DNA from: an uncultured Clostridium sp.
Lineage (GTDB): Bacteria; Bacillota_I; Bacilli_A; Acholeplasmatales; Anaeroplasmataceae
Length of the DNA stretch: 52,053 nucleotides
Assembly: GCA_946538835.1 (NCBI GenBank)
Contig: CAMNGZ010000001.1
Location: 1-52,053, forward strand
Direction: 5' to 3'
Each line of letters begins with the position of its first letter. The stretch's first letter is position 1. The position numbers and the translations under genes are program-made. This document shows, one piece after another, positions 37,397 through 47,006 of the stretch. The notes under the pieces were generated by a model, which ran no database searches, was not told the DNA's origin, and saw nothing but the letters and a program-made list of their open reading frames with translations.

Positions 37397-39581
37397 AGAG
37401 TGACAAAAAAATAAGTATATTAAAAGCTAAAATTGCATATGGTAACATCATACCAAAAATAAGTCCTAATGTATAACCAATAGCTACTTTACCATCTAAC
37501 GGTTCAATACGAGGATGATAAAATAAGAATATAGGAGCGATTATATAAGCATTTTTCAATTTACCAACGCCAATCTTTCCCATTTCATTTACAAAAAATG
37601 GAATATTTTCAAAACCTGCGATAAATAATATAAGTGCTATAATGATTATATTTTCAATCCAATAATAAGCATTTGTTTCTTTAAATTGCTTAAGATATGG
37701 AGTCCCTTTTTTCTTTCTTATAACTGTTTCAAATATATACATTGCAAATATGAAAAGAATACCGAATAATTCTGCGCCAAATTGTTTTTCTGGCAATATA
37801 TAGTTAGCTTCTAAAGGTAATGAAATGACACCTTTTTTAGATAATAATCTAATGGTAAATGAGATAATGAATATAATTACTACTAATATTGATTGAGATC
37901 TATATACTATTATCTTCCACTTCTTATTTAAAATAGAAGGAGTTCTAAATAAGAATGTTGCAAAAGACATTAATATTAAAATTGAGAAGAAGAAATTAGA
38001 TGGAATATATTTTAAGAAAGGCTCAAAATAAGTTAAAACTGTAGCTTCTGTTACTCTCTTTATTAAATATAATTCTAAGAAAAAGTAAAAAAGGGTAAGC
38101 ATTAGAAATATCAACAATACAAAATATGGTTTCTCATTTCTAATATAGTTCTTTGTGGTAAATACAATGATAATTAGTGGTGCCAATTTGAATAAAGAAC
38201 TATAATTATTTAAAAAAACTACAAAATCTTGGCTAAAATCAATATTTAAAAATATTAACATATTAAACTTTGAAGCAATAACATAGACACTCCAACATGA
38301 AAATGCCATAAATAACAAGCCTAAAATCTTATAATAACCTTCTTTAATAGGTGGTGAAAAACGCCAATTCTTAGTAATGGCACATCTATCTCTTGGTAAT
38401 TCATCATATTTATCTTCTGTTTTATAACTGAATCTATTCAAAAGAGTAAAAATAGTTAATCCACCAAAAATTATGGCTGCAAATGTTGAAAAAACATAAC
38501 CATACCATAAAGAAACTGTCTTATCAGAATATTCAAAAACTCCTTTTAAAACATTACTATAAAAATCTTCAAAAGAACTACAATTTGTTCTATCTTTTAT
38601 ATAAGCATTTATACCAGTCATCAATTTATTTGTTTCATTTGTACAAAAGTCAACACAAGGTGATAAATCTGGATCAGTACCTAGGACAAATTCAATGCCA
38701 TCTACTTCTTCATAAAAAACTAAATCAACAAATTTATTAGATGAATCACTATCAATAGAATAAGCAAATTGTCCTTGAAGCATTTCACTACTACCGCCTC
38801 TATAAGTCAATTGAATCGCATAATTCTTTTCGCCATCTTTAAGAGAAGATATAAAACTAATTACTGCAGGCTTATCTTTTTCATAATTTATATCACTTGC
38901 TTTATCACGAGTTACACCAGAGATTATGACAGCGCCTTCATAAGTTATACCATCTTTTTCAAATACATCAAAATCATATAAATAGTTAAGGCTAGTTCTA
39001 ACTAAAAAATTATCAGTAAATGTTAATCCGTTTTTACAAGAATAAATTGCACTGCCTTGATCGGCACTACTTATATCTTTATCACTAGCTCGATTGATGA
39101 TATTTTCTCTAAATTTGACATATTCTAAGGGTAAATAATTATCATAATCATCTTTCATAACATCTCTTCTATGAATCAAATTTGGTGTTGCAATAGTAAA
39201 TATGATTGTTAAAAAGAAGAAGAAAATAATCGTAATTCGAGAACGAAATATTTTAGTCATAAAAGATTCTTTTTTTGGCAATTTAACTTTTACAGGTGTG
39301 GGAACCGGATTATAGTTACTTAATTTATTAGTGTCTAATTTATAATAATTCTCAAGTTTTTTTTGAACTCTTTTAGATAAAGACCAATATCCTCTTTCAA
39401 TATTGAAAAGAGTCAAAATTCCTACATGCGACATAATACCAGCTCTAAAAATAGAGATTTTCTTATATCTTCTAATATTTCTCAAAAATACATTTTGACT
39501 TATTTCAGCATTAAAATTATTCATACTCTCACAACCTTTTCTAGTCAACATAATTATACCATAATTGACTTTATTCGACAA
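37395..39581 (-). CDS. XRE-type HTH domain fused to a large polytopic membrane protein with an extracytoplasmic domain
   Basis: N-terminal FLRNIRRYKKISIFRAGIMSHVGILTLFNIERGYWSLSKRVQKKL fits the XRE HTH pattern. There is one TM at about aa 110-130, a soluble region of about 220 aa, then about 10 TM helices. The real start may be M20 (39524). Confidence 0.65.
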   Translation of the reverse strand: MSNKVNYGIIMLTRKGCESMNNFNAEISQNVFLRNIRRYKKISIFRAGIMSHVGILTLFNIERGYWSLSKRVQKKLENYYKLDTNKLSNYNPVPTPVKVKLPKKESFMTKIFRSRITIIFFFFLTIIFTIATPNLIHRRDVMKDDYDNYLPLEYVKFRENIINRASDKDISSADQGSAIYSCKNGLTFTDNFLVRTSLNYLYDFDVFEKDGITYEGAVIISGVTRDKASDINYEKDKPAVISFISSLKDGEKNYAIQLTYRGGSSEMLQGQFAYSIDSDSSNKFVDLVFYEEVDGIEFVLGTDPDLSPCVDFCTNETNKLMTGINAYIKDRTNCSSFEDFYSNVLKGVFEYSDKTVSLWYGYVFSTFAAIIFGGLTIFTLLNRFSYKTEDKYDELPRDRCAITKNWRFSPPIKEGYYKILGLLFMAFSCWSVYVIASKFNMLIFLNIDFSQDFVVFLNNYSSLFKLAPLIIIVFTTKNYIRNEKPYFVLLIFLMLTLFYFFLELYLIKRVTEATVLTYFEPFLKYIPSNFFFSILILMSFATFLFRTPSILNKKWKIIVYRSQSILVVIIFIISFTIRLLSKKGVISLPLEANYILPEKQFGAELFGILFIFAMYIFETVIRKKKGTPYLKQFKETNAYYWIENIIIIALILFIAGFENIPFFVNEMGKIGVGKLKNAYIIAPIFLFYHPRIEPLDGKVAIGYTLGLIFGMMLPYAILAFNILIFLSL

Positions 39582-39601
39582 TTCGAAATAAATTTAATCA
39601 T

Positions 39602-39634
39602 AAAAAAACAGTAGCTATACATTATAACTACTGT
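39602..39634 (-). terminator. Rho-independent terminator of pepO
   Basis: Stem acagtag (39608-39614) pairs with ctactgt (39628-39634). T7 on the minus strand. Confidence 0.6.
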
Positions 39635-39641
39635 TTAGAAA

Positions 39642-41549
39642 TTACCAAATTGTTACACGTTTACTTGGCTCAATATACATTTTGTCAGATTCAGTAACAC
39701 CAAATGCTTCATACCACTCAGTAAAGTTTCTTGGTTGCATGTTAGCTCTTAATACAGCAGGTGCGTGAACATCATTAGCTAATAAATATAATACATATTC
39801 ATCTTTAGCCTTCATACACCATACACGAGCCCAGTTTTTAAAGTATTCTTTGAAATCGGCGTCCTTAATAGAATGCATAATTTCTAAGGTAACACCCATA
39901 CCGCCATTATCAGCGATATTTTCAGATACTACTAATTTACCATTTACATGACCACCACGAAGTTCGATACCATCAAATTCTTTAATCATTTCTTCAGTTA
40001 AGGCTTGGAATGCTTTATAATCTGATTCTTTCCACCAATTGACAAGATTACCATTTTCATCAAATTGAGCACCATTATTATCGAATGCATGTGAAATTTC
40101 ATGACCGATAACAGCACCAATTCCACCTAAATTTTGAGATACTGATTGCTTAATTGAATAGAAAGGAGCTTGAAGGATAGCAGCTGGGAATGTAATATCG
40201 TTTGCGCTTGGATTATAACAAGCATTAACCATATGTCCTGGCATACCCCATTCTGTTCTATCAACAGGTTTTAATAACTTATCTAATTCATGCTTAATCA
40301 TTAATTTATTAATTTTTGAATAAGCTTCAAATAGATTATCTTTAGGATCAACAACTAATGTCTTATAAAACTCATTAACATTGTCAGGATAACCCATCTT
40401 AATAACCATAGTACGTAGCTTTAAGATAGCTTTTTCCTTAGTTTCAGGAGCTAAGAATGTATTCTTATTGATACGAACTTCATAAGTCGCAATAATCTTC
40501 TTAACTAAACTAATGATATCTTTTTTAGCTTCTTCACCAAAATATGTTCTACCGTAATATACACCAATAGGTTCAGCGTAAATACGAGATACCATTTGGT
40601 AAGCTTGCTTTTCAAGAACAGGGTCCTTAGCAATACCTACTAATGCTCTACGGAATGTTTTACCAAGTGCAGCTAATTCTTCTGATAAAATGGCTGTAGA
40701 ACCAACTGCACATTTAACAAATGCCCAGTGCTTATAAAGTTCAAATGTTTCTTCACTAAAATAACCATTCATTTCCTTAATAGCTCTAGGATCATAAACA
40801 ATAATAGTTTGAGGAGCTTTATCGCCATATAAATCTTTAACAAGACGTTTAACATCAAATGGTTTTACAAACTCACTTAATTCATCTAAGCTCATTGGAT
40901 TATAGTTCTTTGTATATTCAGCCCACTCTAGTTGAGATTTCACTTTAGTACTTACTAATTTATCAAATTTTAATGTATCTTCAAGGAATAAAGCTTGTTC
41001 ATCTTCAGTTAAATTAGAATGTTTCAAGATTTCACGTGCCATGTTAGTCCATACATCCAATAATTGTTCACCTGCTTTATTTCCTTCTTGATAGTATGAA
41101 GTATCTGGTAAAATTGTTGAAGGTCCAAGAGTAATGAAACTATTTACTCTAGCATCCTTCATATCTGCTGTTACACCAAATTGTAATGGTAAATCAACAT
41201 TATCTAAGGCTAATGTTGATGCTAATTCATTTAATTCATCAACATTCTTTAAATTCTTTATTAAATCTAATGTCTTGAATAAAGGTTTCATTCCAAGTTC
41301 ATTACGAGTCTTAGTATCTAAAACCTTCTTATATAATTCAACAGCATACTTAACTTCATCAACATCAGGAGTTTTTTCACCTTTTGCAAATTTAGCAAAA
41401 TCAGCCATTAAAAGCTTTTCAACACCTTGATCAAGATCACTGAAACCACCAGCTGTAGGTCTATCAGCAGGAATAACTGCAGTCTTTAACCATTCACCGT
41501 TTACGGCTTCATAAAGGTCATCTTGAATTCTAACATTTTCATTATTCAT
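39642..41549 (-). CDS. pepO: M13 family metalloendopeptidase (neprilysin-like, PepO)
   Basis: 635 aa. Zinc motif VIGHEISHAFD (HExxH), downstream ENIADNGG, and NAYY-like CYNP. RBS AAAGGAGA. Confidence 0.92.
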   Translation of the reverse strand: MNNENVRIQDDLYEAVNGEWLKTAVIPADRPTAGGFSDLDQGVEKLLMADFAKFAKGEKTPDVDEVKYAVELYKKVLDTKTRNELGMKPLFKTLDLIKNLKNVDELNELASTLALDNVDLPLQFGVTADMKDARVNSFITLGPSTILPDTSYYQEGNKAGEQLLDVWTNMAREILKHSNLTEDEQALFLEDTLKFDKLVSTKVKSQLEWAEYTKNYNPMSLDELSEFVKPFDVKRLVKDLYGDKAPQTIIVYDPRAIKEMNGYFSEETFELYKHWAFVKCAVGSTAILSEELAALGKTFRRALVGIAKDPVLEKQAYQMVSRIYAEPIGVYYGRTYFGEEAKKDIISLVKKIIATYEVRINKNTFLAPETKEKAILKLRTMVIKMGYPDNVNEFYKTLVVDPKDNLFEAYSKINKLMIKHELDKLLKPVDRTEWGMPGHMVNACYNPSANDITFPAAILQAPFYSIKQSVSQNLGGIGAVIGHEISHAFDNNGAQFDENGNLVNWWKESDYKAFQALTEEMIKEFDGIELRGGHVNGKLVVSENIADNGGMGVTLEIMHSIKDADFKEYFKNWARVWCMKAKDEYVLYLLANDVHAPAVLRANMQPRNFTEWYEAFGVTESDKMYIEPSKRVTIW

Positions 41550-41791
41550 ATAAATATATCTCCTTTTAACCTAATATTTTATAAACATTATACAATTTAT
41601 TGTTTAAAAATAAAAGAATATTGCACTTAAAAATATTAAATTTATACAAAATTTGATTTTTAATTCAAAAATTCATATTTTTAATCAATAAATATCCATA
41701 ATTGAACATGATTTTGTACACTTATTTAATATTTACTAAGACAGCACAAATTAACTATTGAGGCACTAAAAGCCTAAATAATAAATTTTAC

Positions 41792-41820
41792 AAAAAATAA
41801 AACTTGGCCTAAGCCAAGTT
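41792..41820 (-). terminator. Rho-independent terminator of the 116/140-aa gene pair
   Basis: Stem acttggc pairs with gccaagt, loop ctaa. T-rich run on the minus strand. Confidence 0.6.
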
Positions 41821-41821
41821 T

Positions 41822-42244
41822 CTAATTATTATAATAGCGGATTATATTTCTTATTTGTACGACTGCTTTGTCTACTTGATCCACATGAGATAAAACAATA
41901 TTAGTATCATCTTTTAAATGAATATATAAAGTACCAGAATTGATTTTTCTCAATTTCTTATGATCTCTTACACTATCAACATCTAACACATTCTTATATG
42001 TCCATTTTTTTCTATTCTTTTTAAAGATAAATGTTTTAGTATCTTTATTAAAAGTAACTAAGTCTAGAGGGCTAATTAATATACTTATAAGATGATATAA
42101 AGCCCCTGGAATCGTTATTATTAACGCAAATAGAAAATAATATTGATAATTAATAATACTAAACAATAATATAAATAATGAGGACATTATAAAGAACGTA
42201 GCACCATACCACATTGCTCTTCTTTTAGCTATGATATCTTTCAC
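41822..42244 (-). CDS. Two-TM membrane protein with C-terminal soluble (bacterial PH-like?) domain
   Basis: 140 aa. GTG start overlaps the upstream TAG by 1 nt. TM helices GATFFIMSSLFILLFSII and FLFALIITIPGALYHLISILI. Confidence 0.5.
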   Translation of the reverse strand: MKDIIAKRRAMWYGATFFIMSSLFILLFSIINYQYYFLFALIITIPGALYHLISILISPLDLVTFNKDTKTFIFKKNRKKWTYKNVLDVDSVRDHKKLRKINSGTLYIHLKDDTNIVLSHVDQVDKAVVQIRNIIRYYNN

Positions 42245-42594
42245 TATTCAACAACTCTAAAATTAAAAGGTAGCTTCATATTAATAAACAACTTATTCAA
42301 ATCATTTAAACAATTGCTAGCATCTTCTAATTTCTTAACTCCCATTAAACGTGTCATAGCTTTTGCATAAGTATGAACACTAGTTGATAAAGGTTCTTTA
42401 TATTGATTTTTATGGCTAATTGCATCCGCATAGTCTAAAAATCTTCCTTCATGAAATAATTTAGAAATATTTTCGCTATCAAGACCAAATACATCCTCTG
42501 TAAATTGAGCAACTTCAAGATATAAACTTTTAATATCTTTAACTTCCACTCCAATAGAATCATCTAAATTAATAAACAATCTCATAAAAATCAC
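42244..42594 (-). CDS. Hypothetical cytoplasmic protein
   Basis: 116 aa with no recognisable motif. Translationally coupled to the downstream 140-aa membrane protein. Confidence 0.5.
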   Translation of the reverse strand: MIFMRLFINLDDSIGVEVKDIKSLYLEVAQFTEDVFGLDSENISKLFHEGRFLDYADAISHKNQYKEPLSTSVHTYAKAMTRLMGVKKLEDASNCLNDLNKLFINMKLPFNFRVVE

Positions 42595-42748
42595 CTTTTC
42601 TTCCTTTATATATATTTTAGCATTTACAACAAATTATGTAAACAAAACGACATAACCATTTATAATAAAACTTAGATTATTTAATAATACTTTGACAAAA
42701 TGAATATAATCAACTAAAATAGATTGAAAAGGATGAGGTATGTATATT

Positions 42749-43651
42749 ATGGATCTTGTAATACTTGCTGCCGGAATGGGAAGCCGTTTTGGTGGCTTAA
42801 AACAAATTGAGCCAATGGATGAATATGGTAATTTCATCATTGACTATTCTATTTATGATGCAATTGAGGCCGGTTTTGATCGTGTCATCTTCATCATAAA
42901 AGAAGAAAATTATGAAATTTTTAAAGAAACAGTAGGAAACCGTATTTCAAATAAGATTAAGGTTGAATATGTGTTCCAAAAATTAAGTCTATTACCAGAA
43001 GGTTATACTTTACCAGCAGATAGAGTTAAACCACTAGGTACTGCTCAAGCTATTTTAGCTTGTAAAGATGTTGTTTCTGACAAATTTGCAATCATCAATG
43101 CAGATGATTTCTATGGTAAAGAATCATTTAAGGCTGCTGCAGACTTCTTAAAGAACAATGTAAAAGCTGATTTATATGGTAATGTTGCTTACAAAGTAGT
43201 AAACACAATGACAGAAAATGGTTCTGTTAAGCGTGGAGTTCTATCAGTAGATAGTAACAACTTCTTAACTCACATTGAAGAATCATCAATTGCAAAAGTT
43301 GATGGAAAGATTGTTGCTACTCCTCTTGATGAAACAGTAGCTCCATTTGAAACAAGTGCATCTACACCAGTTTCAATGAATATGTTCTGCTTCTCAAGTT
43401 CAATTATGAATTACTTAGTTGAACGTTTCCCAGCATTCTTAGATCAAAATAAAGATAATCTAGCTAAGTGTGAATATTTAATTCCAACTGTAGTATCTGA
43501 ACTTATTGCTGAAGGAAAAGTTAATGTTGAAGTTGTTCCATGCGATGCTGTTTGGTACGGTGTAACATATAAAGAAGATAAGCCATTTGTTGTAGAATCT
43601 TTAGCTAAATTAGTTAAAGAAGGAAAATACAAAGCCGGTCTTTGGAAATAA
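42749..43651 (+). CDS. Sugar-phosphate nucleotidyltransferase family protein
   Basis: MDLVILAAGMGSRFGGLKQ (the G-x-G-x-R signature of NTP-transferases), GTAQA, NADDFYG. Start at M4 gives normal spacing from GAGG. Confidence 0.8.
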   Translation: MDLVILAAGMGSRFGGLKQIEPMDEYGNFIIDYSIYDAIEAGFDRVIFIIKEENYEIFKETVGNRISNKIKVEYVFQKLSLLPEGYTLPADRVKPLGTAQAILACKDVVSDKFAIINADDFYGKESFKAAADFLKNNVKADLYGNVAYKVVNTMTENGSVKRGVLSVDSNNFLTHIEESSIAKVDGKIVATPLDETVAPFETSASTPVSMNMFCFSSSIMNYLVERFPAFLDQNKDNLAKCEYLIPTVVSELIAEGKVNVEVVPCDAVWYGVTYKEDKPFVVESLAKLVKEGKYKAGLWK

Positions 43652-43663
43652 TAATAAAGGCGC

Positions 43664-43705
43664 AAAAAAAGTTATATCACATAATGATGTGGTATAACTT
43701 TTTTC
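43664..43705. terminator. Bidirectional terminator between the nucleotidyltransferase gene (+) and the zinc-ribbon gene (-)
   Basis: 10-bp stem gttatatcac pairs with gtggtataac (one G-U). Flanked by A7 and T6. Confidence 0.6.
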
Positions 43706-43721
43706 TTTACTATCATAAATT

Positions 43722-43913
43722 TTAATTATCAGTCTTCATAGCCAAACTTTGTTCAAGTGATAAACTACCACATTTTGGACAAACCTTAGACATCGCTTGA
43801 GCTTTTGCGCAAACAGGACAACCTGATAATCCCAAAAATAATCCCTGTTGATGAGGATGTGGTTGTGTGAAAACATCAAATTCATATCCGCAATCCTTAC
43901 ATTTATAATGCAT
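43722..43913 (-). CDS. Small zinc-ribbon protein (three CxxC pairs)
   Basis: 63 aa: CKDC, CPVC and CPKC. The N-terminal MHYKCKDCGYEFDVF resembles FmdB-type zinc ribbons. Confidence 0.6.
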   Translation of the reverse strand: MHYKCKDCGYEFDVFTQPHPHQQGLFLGLSGCPVCAKAQAMSKVCPKCGSLSLEQSLAMKTDN

Positions 43914-43914
43914 T

Positions 43915-44361
43915 TTATTCCTCCATTTTAATCATAAAGCTTAGTAGTTCATCTGAATGTTCTAAAAAGCTAATATCTGTATTTAATTCATTTGAATTTA
44001 GACTTAAAATGATTTTTTTATCTTCATAGAATTTATAAATTTTATAATTACCATAATTTAAAATCTTTATATATAAATCTTTAAATGAAGCACTCTTACT
44101 TCTGATAATTTTATAATTAACTAATTTATTTGAAAAATCAAATTCTACTTTTTTATTATTACAAATTCTTAAAATAACAAACGATAATATCAAAGCTAGA
44201 CATAAACATGTAGCAAATATAATTAAAGTTAGTAAATCAAAAACTCGTTGAAAACCAAATACCACAAAATAAGAGATGATAAATAACAAACTAATTATTA
44301 AATAATATTTATAACTAATTTTTTCTTTTTTAAAACTTAATTTTAAACGCTTATTTCCCAT
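43915..44361 (-). CDS. Two-TM membrane protein, unknown function
   Basis: 148 aa. TM helices YYLIISLLFIISYFVVFGF and LIIFATCLCLALILSFVIL. Its stop lies 1 nt from the zinc-ribbon gene start. Confidence 0.5.
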   Translation of the reverse strand: MGNKRLKLSFKKEKISYKYYLIISLLFIISYFVVFGFQRVFDLLTLIIFATCLCLALILSFVILRICNNKKVEFDFSNKLVNYKIIRSKSASFKDLYIKILNYGNYKIYKFYEDKKIILSLNSNELNTDISFLEHSDELLSFMIKMEE

Positions 44362-44585
44362 AAAAATACCTTCGTTTTTATTATAACAAAAAAAGTGGTA
44401 TTAATACCACTAATTTGATTGATAAATATCTTTAATGAAATAATTCGAGATTCTACAAAATCTTTTCCTTTTAGATAATATTTATCTAGAATACCTTCTA
44501 ATCTAATTATATCATCAAACAAGTCTTAAAATTCAAATAATCGTTCTACAAGTTTTGACATTTTTTGACACTAAAATAGAATTAT

Positions 44586-44622
44586 AAAAAATAAAGCTAT
44601 ATTGGTTTCCCAATATAGCCTT
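44586..44622 (-). terminator. Rho-independent terminator of the pectate lyase gene
   Basis: 10-bp stem gctatattgg pairs with ccaatatagc, loop tttc. T-rich run on the minus strand. Confidence 0.65.
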
Positions 44623-44626
44623 AATA

Positions 44627-46978
44627 TTATTCAAAAATTAATAAGAATACGTAACTTTCAACGTCACCTTTTTCAATTGTATGATCACCCTTATTTAGAT
44701 CAAATTCTACAAATGTGACAGTTGTGTCAAAAGTAGGTCCGACTTTTTTACCGTCAATTTTTAATTTACCGCCAACACCTTTAGCACAAACCGCAACCTT
44801 TACCTTCATATTTTCTGGAAGATTGAAAGAAATCTTACCCTTAGAGTCAAGTTTAATAGCAATGTCATATGTCTTAGAATCGTAAACAATTGAGCCTTTG
44901 TTTTCACCAACTGAACCAGTTACAACAACTGCATTGTTTGAAGGAGTTACACCTTTACCATTCTTAGCCATTGATACAACTGAACCTTTTTCAATTGTAC
45001 CAATTACAGGAGTTTCTTGACTTCCACCTTGGCCACCTTGTTCTCCACCTTCATTACCTGATTGAGGTTGAGAAATTAATTTAGATACAATTTGAGTATT
45101 ATGATAATTAGTTACAGCAGCTTTTAATTCTTTATTAACATCATATCTAGTGTCATCTTCAGCTGTAAATGTCCACTTGAAGTCTCCACCATTTAATCTA
45201 CCAGAATATGTTTTAACAGTATTTAATGCATCTTCTGGAGATTCTAATAATTTAACACCTAAATCAATTGTAGTGTCAAAATTATCATAAGGAGTATTAC
45301 CTGCAACAGCACGAATACTATCAGGAATTCTTTCATCACGAGTTGAAGCTAAATAAGCATCAAATGAAGTGGCATTTTGTGGACCAAAATCATTTGCTGT
45401 ATTTTGATATTGAATCTTCTTAGCACCAATAATAGTGTTATTGAATGCTTTAATAACACCACCAGCTTCACCGCTAAATGTACCATCACCTTCAGCATCA
45501 GTACCTTGCTTTGAAATTAGCATTGGATGTGCACAATTTCTAAAATAGTTATTTTCAACAAATGCACTACCACCTGATGTAACACCAATACCATATTTAG
45601 CATTACCATCATAGTAGTTATTATAAACGTGAACTGACATAGTTCTAATACGTGGATGTCTTGAATCTGAGTGATCAAACCAGTTATGATGATAATCAAT
45701 GTAGTTTGGACCTGATTCTGATTTCATACCACATAGTGAACACTTACCAGAATCATAATAATGGTTATACGCAAATGTAATAAATTGGCTATCACCTTTA
45801 ACGTCTGTTGAACCATCACCTTTAGCTTGGTCAGCATCACTACCAACATTACCATAATAGAAATCACAGTTGTGAATCCAAATATTAGAATTATCAGTAT
45901 CTAATGATAAACCATCATCCATGAAATTCAAAATACCAAGATTTCTAATTTCAACATTTGATGTATTTCTTAGCAACATACCAAATCCATTGATTGATGC
46001 ATCTTCACCAACACCTTCAATGGTAATATTCATGTTTTGATAACTAGCCGCACCTTTGATTTGTAAACCTTCTGCTGATGAGCCAAAATAATCTAAATCA
46101 CTAGCTTTAATTTCACCGATAAGACGAATATCAAGAATATCAGAAGCTGTCTTCTTTTGCTTAGCATAAATAATACCTTGTAAACCAGTAACAGTTTGAC
46201 CATTCACTACAGCTTGAACAGTCTTAGCATTAGATGCGTCTACATAAATTACCTTAGCACCAGTCTTTAGAGTACCATCATCATTATATGCACCACTACC
46301 TGATTGATTTCTTGAATTCTTAGAGAATGCAAAACCAGATCTATCAAATTCAAGAACTTGTAAATTAGTACATTCTTGTAATACATCTTCAGTTTCGTCA
46401 ACACCAGTAATTTTAATTTCGTAATTCCCCTTCTTTAATCCAAGAATATCAAAACGATACTTGTAAGAATCATTGTATTTATATAATCTTAATAATTGTT
46501 GATCTACCTTAGTATAATTTTCAGTACCTTTAGCCCTGTAATAAACATTATAAGTCTTATATTTAGCAACAGGTAAGAATTCACCATAAATAGTTTCAAA
46601 CAAACTATTAACATTTAACACTTGGAAATCAGTATTAGTAATTTTAATTTCAGGTGTTTCTGTCTTAGTTTCACCTTTTGTATCAGGTGTTGTATTTGGA
46701 TTAGAAGCCAAAGATGTTGATTCACTTGAAACTATCTCTTCTGAACTGCTACTTTCTTCTAAGGCTGAAGTCTCTTCTAAAGATGAAGTAGGCTCAGATT
46801 GCTTACCTTCGTTGGATTCAACAGAAATGTCAGATAATTCACTGACCTTCTCTCCTTTACTGCCGGATTCAACATTTACATCACTACCACTTTGAGTAGT
46901 TACGACTCCACTGCAAGATGCTAATGCAGCAACAGCAATTGCACTTGAAGCAGACAATAATATTTTTCTAAATTTCAT
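44627..46978 (-). CDS. Surface lipoprotein pectate lyase, PL1 family, multidomain
   Basis: Signal MKFRKILLSASSAIAVAALASC (lipobox) and a Ser/Glu-rich linker. Catalytic block DGLSLD...IWIHNCDF...DGSTDVKGDSQFITFAYNHYYDSGKCSLCG...SRHPRIR...HVYNNYY is typical of PL1. About 150 C-terminal aa form a beta-rich putative binding module. Confidence 0.88.
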   Translation of the reverse strand: MKFRKILLSASSAIAVAALASCSGVVTTQSGSDVNVESGSKGEKVSELSDISVESNEGKQSEPTSSLEETSALEESSSSEEIVSSESTSLASNPNTTPDTKGETKTETPEIKITNTDFQVLNVNSLFETIYGEFLPVAKYKTYNVYYRAKGTENYTKVDQQLLRLYKYNDSYKYRFDILGLKKGNYEIKITGVDETEDVLQECTNLQVLEFDRSGFAFSKNSRNQSGSGAYNDDGTLKTGAKVIYVDASNAKTVQAVVNGQTVTGLQGIIYAKQKKTASDILDIRLIGEIKASDLDYFGSSAEGLQIKGAASYQNMNITIEGVGEDASINGFGMLLRNTSNVEIRNLGILNFMDDGLSLDTDNSNIWIHNCDFYYGNVGSDADQAKGDGSTDVKGDSQFITFAYNHYYDSGKCSLCGMKSESGPNYIDYHHNWFDHSDSRHPRIRTMSVHVYNNYYDGNAKYGIGVTSGGSAFVENNYFRNCAHPMLISKQGTDAEGDGTFSGEAGGVIKAFNNTIIGAKKIQYQNTANDFGPQNATSFDAYLASTRDERIPDSIRAVAGNTPYDNFDTTIDLGVKLLESPEDALNTVKTYSGRLNGGDFKWTFTAEDDTRYDVNKELKAAVTNYHNTQIVSKLISQPQSGNEGGEQGGQGGSQETPVIGTIEKGSVVSMAKNGKGVTPSNNAVVVTGSVGENKGSIVYDSKTYDIAIKLDSKGKISFNLPENMKVKVAVCAKGVGGKLKIDGKKVGPTFDTTVTFVEFDLNKGDHTIEKGDVESYVFLLIFE

Positions 46979-47006
46979 AATCTTCTCCTCTTTTTACTTT
47001 AAATCC

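Noticed and set aside
44555-44582. Plus-strand promoter-like TTGACA-16-TAGAAT (with a duplicated TTGACA) that would fire antisense into the 3' end of the pectate lyase gene.
   Set aside because: There is no plus-strand gene downstream, and the element runs straight into the pectate lyase terminator hairpin. The duplicated hexamer is more simply read as the minus-strand repeat TGTCAAAA. Without transcript data an antisense RNA is unsupported.
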